64,000 bases of DNA from the NCBI GenBank assembly GCA_040901675.1, contig JBBDYJ010000031.1:89220-153219 (forward strand), written 5' to 3'. Below the pieces are notes generated by a model. It saw only the letters and a program-made list of their open reading frames with translations, ran no database searches and had not been told where the DNA came from. Numbering within the stretch: the first letter of the stretch is position 1; every line of letters starts with the position of its first letter. This DNA is from Pirellulales bacterium. Lineage in GTDB: Bacteria; Planctomycetota; Planctomycetia; Pirellulales; JAICIG01. The translations under genes were made by a program, and so were the position numbers. Shown piece by piece: positions 11,121 through 21,154 of this stretch.

Positions 11121-11522
11121 CTAGGCCGGACCGCCGCGGGCCGGATAGCTGCCAACCTCCACGTGGTGGCCGTCCGGATCACGAAAGAAGACCTGTTTGA
11201 GTCCCGTGTCGGCCTGGATGTTCACCCGCCGCTCGACCCCATGCTCGGCCAGCAACCGCTCGACCGCGTCTACGTCGTCCACGAGAAAAGCCAGGTGATC
11301 GGCCCGGGTTTGAATTTCGCCCCGGGGTCCGGGGAGCGAGCCGTCGGTGATCAGGTGAATCTGGAGGCCATAGTTCTCCAGCCAGGCGCCCGGGAACCGC
11401 AGGTCGGGGCGGGGAATTTCGCGAAACCCCAGCACGTCGCGATAAAAGGCCCGGCCCGCTTCCAGCCGGTTGGTGAGCCGCGCCACGTGGTGCAGCGCAC
11501 GGATGGGTAACGGCGCAGTCAT
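11121..11522 (-). CDS. VOC/glyoxalase family protein
   Basis: LHHVA; FYRDVLGF; DHLAF; FFRDPDGHHVE. Confidence 0.9.
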   Translation of the reverse strand: MTAPLPIRALHHVARLTNRLEAGRAFYRDVLGFREIPRPDLRFPGAWLENYGLQIHLITDGSLPGPRGEIQTRADHLAFLVDDVDAVERLLAEHGVERRVNIQADTGLKQVFFRDPDGHHVEVGSYPARGGPA

Positions 11523-11823
11523 GATGGTTTCAAGGGGGAGTGGCGTTTTCGGTGGCAACGGTTCGCATCACATCATAGCCGAGCGGCGGAAACCCTGACA
11601 GCCCCGCCCGGATTGCCGTCATCCGCGGTACAACCGCTACCGCCGCCGGCCGGAATAGCAAGGCCGGCGCACGACGAGTCTCGATTGCAACCTACATTTC
11701 GAAAAGAAGTGCCGTACCGCCTGGACCGGTCCGGCCAGGCTGGACCGCGTTGGTCGCGAGATAGCCAGCGAGCGCCGTGCCCTGAGTTGCGGCGCGATTT
11801 TACGCCCTTTGTGAGACTCCGAG

Positions 11824-12327
11824 ATGAATCAGAACCGTGAACCGCGCCGCCGCCGGCTGGTGGATCACTTTCAATACAAGCTGGTCGCCAGGGTGGTTGG
11901 CTACTGGGCGGTGTACCAGCTTACGCTCTGGAACGTGTTGTTCTGCTGGCGGCTGCTGGCGGAGGGCAAGGGCAACCTGGTCGAGCAATACGGCCGGTTC
12001 TGCACCGAGTACTATCCGCTCTGGATCTGCTTCCTGGTGCTGGTGCCCGCCTTCGCCTGGGACGCGGCCCGGTTCTCACATCGCGTGGCCGGCCCGATTT
12101 ATCACTTCCGCCGCGCCATGCGAGACGTCGCCGCCGGCAAGCCGGTCGAGTTGATTCAGTTGCGCGACAGCGACGCCTTAATCGAAATGCAAGCCGACTT
12201 CAACAACATGCTCGAATCGCTGGCCCGGCGTGGTCTGGCGATCGAGACACCCGGCCCGCAGGCCACCGAATCGGCAGCAGGGGCAGACCGGCGCGACGAT
12301 ATGGTCATCAAGGCACGCTTGCAGTGA
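11824..12327 (+). CDS. Two-TM membrane protein with HAMP-like segment
   Basis: Two hydrophobic helices, then SHRVAGPIYHFRRAM...LRDSD...ADFNNML. Confidence 0.7.
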   Translation: MNQNREPRRRRLVDHFQYKLVARVVGYWAVYQLTLWNVLFCWRLLAEGKGNLVEQYGRFCTEYYPLWICFLVLVPAFAWDAARFSHRVAGPIYHFRRAMRDVAAGKPVELIQLRDSDALIEMQADFNNMLESLARRGLAIETPGPQATESAAGADRRDDMVIKARLQ

Positions 12328-12686
12328 TCCGACCGCTCCAACCTTCGATCGGCGGCGCGAACTCAGCCGCAGCGCCGGGCCCGGCCGTGAGGCGGCAACG
12401 CCGCGGCGCGTGCGCGATCGAGTATTGCCTGGTGATTTCGCTGGTGGCCGTGGTGTTGATCGCCGGTTCCCAACATCTTGGCGTAGGTGTGGTCAATACT
12501 TTCGGCAAGCTGAGCGCGTTGCTGAGCGGTGACGCCGGCGACCCCGAGGCCGACAGCGGCGACGAGGGCGACGGCGACGAAGGTGGTGGCGACGAGCAAC
12601 CCGGTGGGGGCAAGGGCAGGGGCAAAGGCAAGGGCCTGGGCAAGGGCCTGGGCAAGGGCAACGCCAAGGGCCTGGGGGCTCGTTAG
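12324..12686 (+). CDS. Flp/Fap type IVb pilin-like protein with charged low-complexity tail
   Basis: RRQRRG|ACAIEY (G-1, E+5, Y+6) followed by a hydrophobic helix; start could be GTG 12387. Confidence 0.75.
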   Translation: MIRPLQPSIGGANSAAAPGPAVRRQRRGACAIEYCLVISLVAVVLIAGSQHLGVGVVNTFGKLSALLSGDAGDPEADSGDEGDGDEGGGDEQPGGGKGRGKGKGLGKGLGKGNAKGLGAR

Positions 12687-12689
12687 CTC

Positions 12690-13157
12690 TTAGATGCTCT
12701 TGTCCTTGGCCGGTTCGAAGACCTGGAGCTGCATCGGCAGAGGGTCGTCTTCCAGCATGCCCAGGGCGCAGACCCAGCGCCCGTCGCGCACCGTATACAC
12801 ATAGCCGCCATCGGGCACCTTGCGTCCTTTTCTGGGCCCCACTGTCATCACGCGGTTGGTCCATGTGAACACGCGGGCCCTGCCGACTTTGTCCAGCTTG
12901 AAGCCGCCCTCGAATGCGTATCGGACTTTCTCGTCAGGGTCGAATACAGTCACGGTTTCGTGCCAATCCTTGACTTCTTTCTCGATGCGCATCGGCTTCC
13001 CGTCCGGGAACCGGGTGGTCATCGACCAGCGTCCCTGCAGCAGGGCCAGTTCGTCCTTGGGCTTGTCCATCTTCTTGGACTGGCCATGTTCGTCCTGGCT
13101 AAACGAAACCAGCCCCAATGCCACAAGAGCCAATACGAGCTTGCAGCGGTTCTTCAT
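12690..13157 (-). CDS. Secreted protein, TIGR03067-like Planctomycete domain
   Basis: Signal peptide, then KDELALLQGRW. Confidence 0.55.
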   Translation of the reverse strand: MKNRCKLVLALVALGLVSFSQDEHGQSKKMDKPKDELALLQGRWSMTTRFPDGKPMRIEKEVKDWHETVTVFDPDEKVRYAFEGGFKLDKVGRARVFTWTNRVMTVGPRKGRKVPDGGYVYTVRDGRWVCALGMLEDDPLPMQLQVFEPAKDKSI

Positions 13158-13310
13158 TGCCTGGTCCCCCTAACCACCTCTGTCAAAGACAACCCCTTGG
13201 TCGGGCGCGGACATTCTAGCAGGTTCCGGCCGCTGGATGCAGCACGGCTGATTCTCCAGGTGCCGTGAGCCGCCCCACCGCCAGCCCCAAGGCTGCCGAA
13301 ACGGGCCGCA

Positions 13311-13649
13311 TCACGAGACCGGGATGGGCGAAAGCCTGTCGGCCAGCTCCGGCACCGCCGCGGCGATCGCGTCCTCGATCCGCTCCGCGGTGACAAACTC
13401 GATTTCTCGGCGGACCTGTTCGGGCAACTCTCCGACCAGCCAGTCCCGCCGCGTGCCGCGGACCGTCAGTCTGCGTCCTCGAAGCTCGACTTGAATCTCG
13501 TCCGGACGCACGCCGGCCAGGTCGAACTTGACCAGCCAGCCGCGGCGCGTGCGATACACGTCGGCCGAGGGGTGCCAGCCGGCCTGCTGGCACTCCTCCG
13601 TGGCCGAGACGAGCAGCGATCGCAGCATCTTTTTCGGGTTGTCGGGCAT
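13311..13649 (-). pseudogene. Hsp20 N-terminal half fused to the Lon protease C-terminal tail
   Basis: WHPSADVYRT..WLVKFDLAGVRPDEIQVEL.GRRLTVRG (alpha-crystallin start), then ELPEQVRREIEFVTAERIEDAIAAA (Lon C-terminus). Confidence 0.7.
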
Positions 13650-13737
13650 GGACGGGAGGGCCGTGGCCGGCCTGCAATTCTAGCGCTTTGCGGCATGCAC
13701 ATAGCGCGCCGCAAGGCAAGGACTTTTTAAGAACGTC

Positions 13738-14079
13738 TTATCGATCCAGTTCTTTCAGGCTGTCGGCTGCTACATACGCCTCGACGCCCTCCTCGGTCCG
13801 GACCAGGCTATAACTGCCCGACTCCCGGATCAGCTCGACCTTGGTGCCGGCCTCGAGTTGGCCGTCGGGCGGCCGTCCCTGCTGCGGCCCGTCGGTGTAG
13901 TAGGCGGTTTCCTCGACGACGGAATGAGTCAGCTCGTCGCCTTGGGAGGCCGCCCGCTCTTCGTCGCCGGCCGGATCGCCGGCGTTGCCGTTCTGCCTGG
14001 CCTCGTTGCTCCAGCAGCCGGCAACGACCAGCGCGAACCCCACGACTAGCAGTCGGCGACTATGCATGATGGGCGCCAT
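13738..14079 (-). CDS. Lipoprotein with C-terminal SH3-like domain
   Basis: Lipobox VVAG|C; GPQQGRPPDGQLEAGTKVELIRESGSYSLVRT..GVEAYV; RBS AAAGGA. Confidence 0.7.
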   Translation of the reverse strand: MAPIMHSRRLLVVGFALVVAGCWSNEARQNGNAGDPAGDEERAASQGDELTHSVVEETAYYTDGPQQGRPPDGQLEAGTKVELIRESGSYSLVRTEEGVEAYVAADSLKELDR

Positions 14080-14259
14080 GGGCGGTCCTTTGGTTGACGG
14101 GTGCCTTCGTTGACCCAGCGCAATGAGGCAATTCTTGCCCACCGCAGCGACGGCCGCAAGTGTGCAACCCCCCTCCATCGTGCACCGCTCCCGGGCGCTG
14201 GTGTTGCCGACAGGCCGGAAAACTTGACTTCGCGGCCGGTTGTGCCAGCATGATCGGCT

Positions 14260-17200
14260 ATGAGCGCGGACCGCAATTTGCTGTTCGGAATCCTTGCCTT
14301 GCAGATGGATTTCATCAGCCGCGATGAGCTGATCGCGGCCATGCACGCCTGGGTTCTGGACAAGTCCAACACGCTGGGCGAGATCCTGGTCGCCCAGGAG
14401 GCGCTGGAGCGCGATACGCAAGTGCTGCTCGATTCGCTGGTCGAAAAACACCTGGCGCTGCACGACCGCGATCCGGCCAAGAGCCTGGCCGCCATCGGAG
14501 CGCTGGGGTCGGCCTGGGACGATTTGTCTCGCGTTCCGGACCCCGACTTGCAAGAGAGCCTCAGGCGCGTGCCGGGCGAGCAGCCGGCGACGGACGCAGC
14601 CGGCGACACACTGACCGTGGGCGGCATGGCCGTCGTAGGCAACGCCACCTCATCGGGCAAGCGGTTTCGCATTGTGAGGCCGCACGCCAAAGGCGGCCTG
14701 GGCCAGGTTTGGGTTGCCATCGACCAGGAATTGCACCGCGAGGTGGCTCTTAAGGAAATCCAGTCGGAGTTCGCCGACGATCCCAATAGTCGAAGCCGGT
14801 TCGTCGTGGAGGCCGAGATCACCGGCGGACTGGAACACCCGGGCGTGGTGCCGGTGTACGGGCTGGGGCAGGACGCCCAGGGGCGGCCTTTCTACGCCAT
14901 GCGGTTCATCAAGGGCGACAGTTTGAAAAGCGCGATCGAGCGGTTCCACCGCATGGAAGCGCCGGACCGCGACGCGGGCGAACGCGCATTGGCGCTGCGC
15001 AAGCTGCTGGGGCGCTTTATCGACGTTTGCAACGCCATCGAGTATGCCCACAGCCGCGGCGTGCTGCACCGCGATCTCAAGCCGGGCAACATCATGCTGG
15101 GCAAGTACGGCGAAACGCTGGTCGTCGATTGGGGTCTGGCGAAGAACGTCCAGCGCACCGAATCTCCCAGCCGGGCCGACGAGCGAACGCTGCGACCGGC
15201 TTCAGCGGCCGGCTCCAGCGGCACCATGATGGGGTCGGCCGTCGGCACACCTGCATTCATGAGTCCCGAGCAGTCCGCCGGCCGCCTCGACCAACTGGGA
15301 CCGGCCAGCGACGTCTATAGCCTGGGTGCCACGCTCTACGCGCTCTTGACGGGGCATGCCCCGGTCGAGGATCGCGACGTAGAAACAATGCTGGACAAGG
15401 TGCGGCGCGGCGATTTCCCGCGCCCCAGGGTGATCAAACACGATGTGCCGTCGGCGATGGAAGCCGTCTGCATCAAGGCGATGGCGCTGGCGCCCGCCGA
15501 ACGCTATGCGGCGCCACGCTTGCTGGCCGACGACATCGAGCATTGGCTGGCCGACGAGCCCGTATCGGCCTATGCCGAGCCCTGGACGGCACGGCTCGCC
15601 CGCTGGACGCGCCGGCACCGTGCCTGGACCCGCGCCGCGGCGGCGGCGCTGATCGTTGTAACCGTGATGGCCGTGCTCGCCGCGGTTCTGGTCAGCCGGC
15701 AGAAGCAGATCGCTCTGGACGAGCGGGCCCGCGCCTTGCTGCAGGAGCGGCAAGCGGAGCAAAACTTCCAGCATGCCGTGGCGGCCGCCAATGCCATGGT
15801 CGAGAAAGTGGCGGCGGGGCTGCGACCATTGGCGGGCACCAAGGCGGAGACCGTCGAGAGCATTTTGAACAGCGCGGCCGGCGTTTACGACAACTTGCTG
15901 GCCGACGCCGGCCAGCGGCCCGAACTGCTGGCGGGCCAGGGCCGCATGCTGAACCTGTTCAGCGAGATCTACATCGATCTTGGCAACAGCGAGCGGGCGC
16001 TCTCTTCCGCGCGGCGAGCGCTATCGTTGCACGAAGCCCTGGTGAAGCGGGAGCCGAGCAACCCGGCTTGGCAATCGGGGCTGGCCGACAGCTTCGAGCG
16101 GCTTGGCCTGGCGATGATCACGCGTGGGCAAAGCATGCCCGCCCGCTCCGCTTTTGAGGAGTGCCTTGACATACGCCGCGAATTGCTCGCTCGATTGCCG
16201 GATGACCTGGAACGCAATAGCGACCTGGCACGAGGGCTCTATCGGCTGGCCACTGTGCTGGAAATCCAGGGCGATTACGAACAATCGACGGCGCGGCACC
16301 AGGAAGCTTTCGATAATCGCCGGCAAGTCGCGGAGGCGGACCCATCGAGCGCCCGCTGGCAGCGGGACCTGGCCAGCAGCCGGCAGTATGTCGCACAGGC
16401 CCAGCTTGATGCAGGCCGGGACGAAGAAGCGCTGACGAATTTCCAAGCGGCCTTCGACACGCTCCAGCGCCTGGCCGACGAGGAACCCGACAACGTCGAA
16501 CGGCAAATCGACCTGGCGGATGCAGCCGTCTGGTACGGCGGCGTGGTCAAGGGACGCGGCGAGTGCGAGCGCGCGAAGGCGCTGTTCGAACAGCACGAGC
16601 GGATCGTCCGGCGGCTGGTTGACCAGGATCCCAATAACGCCGAGGCGCGCCGGCGGCAACTCCGCAGCCGGGTGAATATGGGCGATCTGGTGTGCGACGC
16701 GGGCAGCCTCGACCAGGACGGGATCGTGCGGACTCTCAAGCAGCAAGCAGCCGTACTGGACGAGCTGTTGGATCTCGCAGGCGTGATGAGTGCCAAGGAC
16801 CCGGGCAACTACGTCTGGCACGATGCGCGCTGCCTGCTCCCCTGGACTGCCGCGGCTACTTTGCAAAGCCTGGCGCAGCTCGGTGACGAGCCGGAAAGCA
16901 ACTTCGCCGCCGCGCTCGAAATGTGCGAGGTAGCAAGGCAACGAGCCGGTCAACTCGTCCGGCACGATCCCCACAATACCCAGTGGGCCGCCCTGCTGGC
17001 CGGGTCGCACGACACGCTCGGTTACATTTATTCGGCTCAAGGAAAGAATGTCGAAAGCATCCGCGAGCGATTGAAATGCGATGAAATGCGGTGCGAGCTG
17101 GCCGCGAGAATGCTTCAAAAACACCCGCGCTCGACTCGCTGGCGCTCCGCGTTGGCTTACAGCCAGGCGCTGTGTGCCACCTATCGGCATATGCTGGCCG

Positions 17201-18972
17201 AGTTGGGCCGCTCGCCCAAGGAGAATTTGGCAACCGCCCGCGGCGAGGCCGAGCAATCGATCGACCGATTCACGGCTCTGCTTGCCGAGCAGCCGGATAA
17301 TTCAGAATGGCTAAACCAGTTGGGGATAGCCGAGGGAGCACTGGCGATCGTCCTGTCTCAGCAAGGCGACCAAACGGCCGCCGAGGGGCATTACGGCAAG
17401 CACAGGGAGGCCTCCCGGCGTGCCGACGAGATCAACCAGGCCAAGGGGGACAAGGCCAAGGCGGCGCGTGAGCGGTACGGGTGCAGTGTCGTAATCCTGG
17501 CCTACCGGGTGATTTCGGTCCGGGAGCTAGCCTGGCTGGCGCGCAGCTCGCTCAGCCTTTCGGAACAGCTCCAACGCCTGGTGCCATCGGCGGATCACCA
17601 GTTGAGTTCGATTCAGGCATGCTGGAACCTTGCCGATACGCTGGTCGACGCGCCGACGCGGGATCACCTGGCCGAAGCGCGGCTGGCAGTGCGCCGCGCT
17701 CGCGGCCTGCTCAAGAACCTTGAGGCCGGCAACCACGGCAAGAAAGGCGAGCTGGCTGCCTGGCTCGACAAGTTTGCCGCGCTCGACGCGAAGATCGCAG
17801 CCGTCGCAGCACCCGGCCCTGACGAAGCGGTCCAAGCCTCAGTTGACGAGCTGGGATACCTGGCCGTCGCCAGGCAGTGGATCGGCGAAGGACGCATCCG
17901 CCCGTGGCTGGCTTTCCTGTCGCGCGAGTTAGAGGCCGGGGAGTGTTCGACGTGGGCGGTTTACCCGATGCTGCCGCTTGCCGAGGATGCCGCGGTCGTG
18001 CAGGCGATGACCCAGGCCGCACGCGAGATGCTGGCCGAGGATTCTGGATCCGTCAGCCTGGGCGGACAGCGGCTGATTGGCTTGCTGGCCCAATCGACGG
18101 GCGATAACGAGACGGCCGCCGAGTTCTATCGCCACCTGTTGGATGTCCGCGCCGATGACGCCGCCGCGCTGGAGGCCCTGGCCAACGTGCTGCTGGCCGA
18201 CTGGCGACATGACGAGGCGGAAGAAATCCTTGCACGGCTGGTTGCGCTCAAGCTGGATCCAATCGAAGTGCTGCCGTTGCACCAGACGCTGGCCGAAGTG
18301 CGGCTGGGGCTGGGCAAGATCGAGGCATGCTCACAAACGATCGCCAGCGCCTTGGAGATCGATCCGGACGACTATTATAACCGCGTGCTTGCCGCGCGGC
18401 TCTTGGCGGTCGAGCGGCGGTTCGACGAGGCCCGCCAGCAGCTCCAGCAGCTCGTGGCGGCGGGCGAGCCTTCGAGCCCGGCCCTGGTCTCCGCGCGGAT
18501 CGCGCTGGCATTGGTCGAGGACGAGCTCGGCAACGCCGAGCAGGCGGAGTCGCGGTTACGCGAGGCGCTACAAGCCCAGGACACTGTCGCCGAGCGCGCG
18601 GTGCTCGCCTACCTGCGGCTGCGGCACGGCAGCCCGCTCGACGAAATCCGGACGGTCTTGGAAGAGTGTCACCAGCAGCAGCCCGGCAACCCTTATATCA
18701 GCGCCTTTTACGCGCTGGCCCTGGCCCAAGGTCCCAATCCGGCAGACGGCCTGACCAAGCTCGACGAGCTGGCCGCCCATCCCATGCTGGCCGCCTGGCC
18801 CGATTTTCTGGACGAGTTGGGAGATGTCTATCTCAAGGCGCAGCGGCCCGACGACGCCCGCGCCGCCTGGCGGAAAGCGCTGGCCGCGTTTCCCCCGACT
18901 ACCGCCCCGGCGGAGCGGCGCAAGTTGTCGATCGAGCGCAAGCTGGAGACCTTGGGTGCTGATCGTGAGTAA
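14260..18972 (+). CDS. Membrane Ser/Thr protein kinase with long TPR region
   Basis: HAKGGLGQV; VALKE; HRDLKPGN; DWG; GTPAFMSPEQ; DVYSLG; TM helix followed by TPR-like repeats. Confidence 0.93.
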   Translation: MSADRNLLFGILALQMDFISRDELIAAMHAWVLDKSNTLGEILVAQEALERDTQVLLDSLVEKHLALHDRDPAKSLAAIGALGSAWDDLSRVPDPDLQESLRRVPGEQPATDAAGDTLTVGGMAVVGNATSSGKRFRIVRPHAKGGLGQVWVAIDQELHREVALKEIQSEFADDPNSRSRFVVEAEITGGLEHPGVVPVYGLGQDAQGRPFYAMRFIKGDSLKSAIERFHRMEAPDRDAGERALALRKLLGRFIDVCNAIEYAHSRGVLHRDLKPGNIMLGKYGETLVVDWGLAKNVQRTESPSRADERTLRPASAAGSSGTMMGSAVGTPAFMSPEQSAGRLDQLGPASDVYSLGATLYALLTGHAPVEDRDVETMLDKVRRGDFPRPRVIKHDVPSAMEAVCIKAMALAPAERYAAPRLLADDIEHWLADEPVSAYAEPWTARLARWTRRHRAWTRAAAAALIVVTVMAVLAAVLVSRQKQIALDERARALLQERQAEQNFQHAVAAANAMVEKVAAGLRPLAGTKAETVESILNSAAGVYDNLLADAGQRPELLAGQGRMLNLFSEIYIDLGNSERALSSARRALSLHEALVKREPSNPAWQSGLADSFERLGLAMITRGQSMPARSAFEECLDIRRELLARLPDDLERNSDLARGLYRLATVLEIQGDYEQSTARHQEAFDNRRQVAEADPSSARWQRDLASSRQYVAQAQLDAGRDEEALTNFQAAFDTLQRLADEEPDNVERQIDLADAAVWYGGVVKGRGECERAKALFEQHERIVRRLVDQDPNNAEARRRQLRSRVNMGDLVCDAGSLDQDGIVRTLKQQAAVLDELLDLAGVMSAKDPGNYVWHDARCLLPWTAAATLQSLAQLGDEPESNFAAALEMCEVARQRAGQLVRHDPHNTQWAALLAGSHDTLGYIYSAQGKNVESIRERLKCDEMRCELAARMLQKHPRSTRWRSALAYSQALCATYRHMLAELGRSPKENLATARGEAEQSIDRFTALLAEQPDNSEWLNQLGIAEGALAIVLSQQGDQTAAEGHYGKHREASRRADEINQAKGDKAKAARERYGCSVVILAYRVISVRELAWLARSSLSLSEQLQRLVPSADHQLSSIQACWNLADTLVDAPTRDHLAEARLAVRRARGLLKNLEAGNHGKKGELAAWLDKFAALDAKIAAVAAPGPDEAVQASVDELGYLAVARQWIGEGRIRPWLAFLSRELEAGECSTWAVYPMLPLAEDAAVVQAMTQAAREMLAEDSGSVSLGGQRLIGLLAQSTGDNETAAEFYRHLLDVRADDAAALEALANVLLADWRHDEAEEILARLVALKLDPIEVLPLHQTLAEVRLGLGKIEACSQTIASALEIDPDDYYNRVLAARLLAVERRFDEARQQLQQLVAAGEPSSPALVSARIALALVEDELGNAEQAESRLREALQAQDTVAERAVLAYLRLRHGSPLDEIRTVLEECHQQQPGNPYISAFYALALAQGPNPADGLTKLDELAAHPMLAAWPDFLDELGDVYLKAQRPDDARAAWRKALAAFPPTTAPAERRKLSIERKLETLGADRE

Positions 18973-18975
18973 AGC

Positions 18976-20328
18976 TCAGTAGACTCGGCAGTTGGGCAGA
19001 GCCTGCTGTAGTTTGAAAACGCCCTCCGTCGACATTCGAGTGTCCCCTACGTGAAGGCTTTGCAGGCTCGGCATTCCGCCTAGGTGATCGATACCGCGGT
19101 CGGTCGTCCGTGTCCCCACCAACGACAGATGGCGTAAGGTGGCGATCTTTGCCAGATGCCCGAGTGCGTCGTCGGTAACGCGGCTGTAGTCGAGCGACAA
19201 GAAGTGAAGTTTCGAGAACCGCGGCAGCTCGCTTACCAGGCGATCTCCCACCAGGACGCGTCGGAGGTTCAACCTTTCGAGTTCGGGCATTTCCTCCAGA
19301 AGCCGCAATAGGCTCTCGTCGGACATGTTATTGTCCATGATCGTTAGGGACACGATCGGTTGTTGGGGACGCTTCATATCCTGGTCCATGGTCCCACCAA
19401 GGTGCTTGATCTTTTCGATGACCTCCGCCTGCGTTGGTTTGTAGTCGATTGGCCAAAGCGCGACATCGATAGGGACGGCCTCCAATTCGTCGGAAGAGGG
19501 ACGGATTGTGCAATTCGGAATTGCTTTCTTGAGGTCTGCAACTCCTTTCCCGGTGACGTTTGTCCCATGGAGCGACAGGTCCTTCAGCCCATGCAGTTGC
19601 CTGAGATACTCGAGGCCGGCATCGGTGACGTCTGTGTTCGAGAGTCCAAGGTTTTCAAGAGACCGAATAGCCGAAAGATGCATCAGACCGTTGTCCGTTA
19701 TCTTCGTGTTGCTTAACTGCAACCACCGCAATTTGGCGAGATTTCGAAGATGGGCCAGGCCTTCATCACGTACCAGCGAATGATCCAGACTGAGGCTCTC
19801 CAGGTTCGATAGCGCGCCAAGATGCTTGAGTCCCGGTCCGGTGACGCCTGTCCGGTACAGGTACAGGACCCGCAACTTCTTCAGCCCTGCAAGATGGATC
19901 AGGCCGACGTCGGTGATCCCGGGGTTTCGTCCCAGTTCCAGAGTGGTGACGCCGGGCAGTTTCTCGAAGACCACCAGATCACGGTCGGCCGCTTTCGATT
20001 GACCCCTGCCTCCACCCCAGGCAAAATCCACTGTCACCACACTACGGAAATAATCCTCGCCCACTGCTTTTCGTAGCCAAGTCGGCGCCGCCGGCTTCGC
20101 ATTTTTCTTCGTCTGACCGGCCGAGTCCAGCTCGTAGTCGAATCGCAGCACCCCACCCAGTTTCGTGATTTCTTTGACCGCACGTGCTTGCTTTCGGGCA
20201 CTCGTCGCCTGCACGGCGAACCATGCAAGCCAAATGCACAGTAGTGTGAAGAGAACGAACGTTCCCCGCAGGCTGAAGGTGAGCCAGCGACGACTCGGCC
20301 GCGGCGCCCTTGTCTCTTCGGCCGCCAT
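18976..20328 (-). CDS. Leucine-rich repeat protein (RNI-like)
   Basis: Repeated LxxLxLxxTxVTDxGLxxL units; N-terminal FSLR membrane anchor. Confidence 0.9.
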   Translation of the reverse strand: MAAEETRAPRPSRRWLTFSLRGTFVLFTLLCIWLAWFAVQATSARKQARAVKEITKLGGVLRFDYELDSAGQTKKNAKPAAPTWLRKAVGEDYFRSVVTVDFAWGGGRGQSKAADRDLVVFEKLPGVTTLELGRNPGITDVGLIHLAGLKKLRVLYLYRTGVTGPGLKHLGALSNLESLSLDHSLVRDEGLAHLRNLAKLRWLQLSNTKITDNGLMHLSAIRSLENLGLSNTDVTDAGLEYLRQLHGLKDLSLHGTNVTGKGVADLKKAIPNCTIRPSSDELEAVPIDVALWPIDYKPTQAEVIEKIKHLGGTMDQDMKRPQQPIVSLTIMDNNMSDESLLRLLEEMPELERLNLRRVLVGDRLVSELPRFSKLHFLSLDYSRVTDDALGHLAKIATLRHLSLVGTRTTDRGIDHLGGMPSLQSLHVGDTRMSTEGVFKLQQALPNCRVY

Positions 20329-20412
20329 GCTGGTTCTCCCAATGCCCCCGGCTTGGGTCGCCTGAAAGTGACGCGCGCGCCGCGCTTCGATCTTCTCGGC
20401 AGTGCCGTCAGT

Positions 20413-20976
20413 CTATCCGGTTCGCGGCCCGCTTGGTATCGCGGGAATCGAGTCCTGCTGGTGTGCTGGCGGGGGCGCCGAGGCGCCGCAGCCCCGATCT
20501 TGGCCCTCGTCGTCAGCCGGGACGCGATCGCTCTCGAAGCCGTCCTCCAGAACCAGCGGCGGCTTGCCGTACTTCCGGCGGAGCCGGTTGATCGAATTCA
20601 AGACCCTGCGGCGGCTGACGAGCCAACGCTCCAGGCGGCGCTTTCCCGGAAAATCAAGCAGCAGGACGCCGATCAGGATCGTCAGGATCCCTGGGCCGGG
20701 GAGCGCCGGCATGGACAAAACGATGCCAAGAATGACAATCAAAACCCCTGCAATGTTCTTGAGAATCAATCCGGTCCAGCGCAGCAGAGGGTGTCCGTTC
20801 ACCCAGAAACCGCGCGGGCGGGAGCTACAGAAATAAGTAGCCGGCAACCTGGTCAGCAGAAAGCCGACCAGCAGCAGGCCGCCGACGGACGTCACAACAA
20901 AGACCAGCAGGCCCCAAGCGAGGTCGCTCCAGGTCAGCTCGAGCAGGCTCAGGATGTCCGCCAGCCAACCTGCCAT
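20413..20976 (-). CDS. PGPGW-domain membrane protein
   Basis: LPGPGILTILIGVLLLDFPGKRRLE. Confidence 0.75.
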   Translation of the reverse strand: MAGWLADILSLLELTWSDLAWGLLVFVVTSVGGLLLVGFLLTRLPATYFCSSRPRGFWVNGHPLLRWTGLILKNIAGVLIVILGIVLSMPALPGPGILTILIGVLLLDFPGKRRLERWLVSRRRVLNSINRLRRKYGKPPLVLEDGFESDRVPADDEGQDRGCGASAPPPAHQQDSIPAIPSGPRTG

Positions 20977-21154
20977 CCTACGTTCCCGACTCCGGAACCC
21001 CGCTTTCCTCTACGGATTCAAGAGATTGCTTGTTCTTGGCGACCCGTCCGCAAGAATTTTGCCCGCGAGTTAACCGAAGCACAAGCAACAAACGGCTGGA
21101 CATTGCCGAACGCGGCGGGCACGATGGCTCACGAAGAGTTCGGCCACTGAGAGG

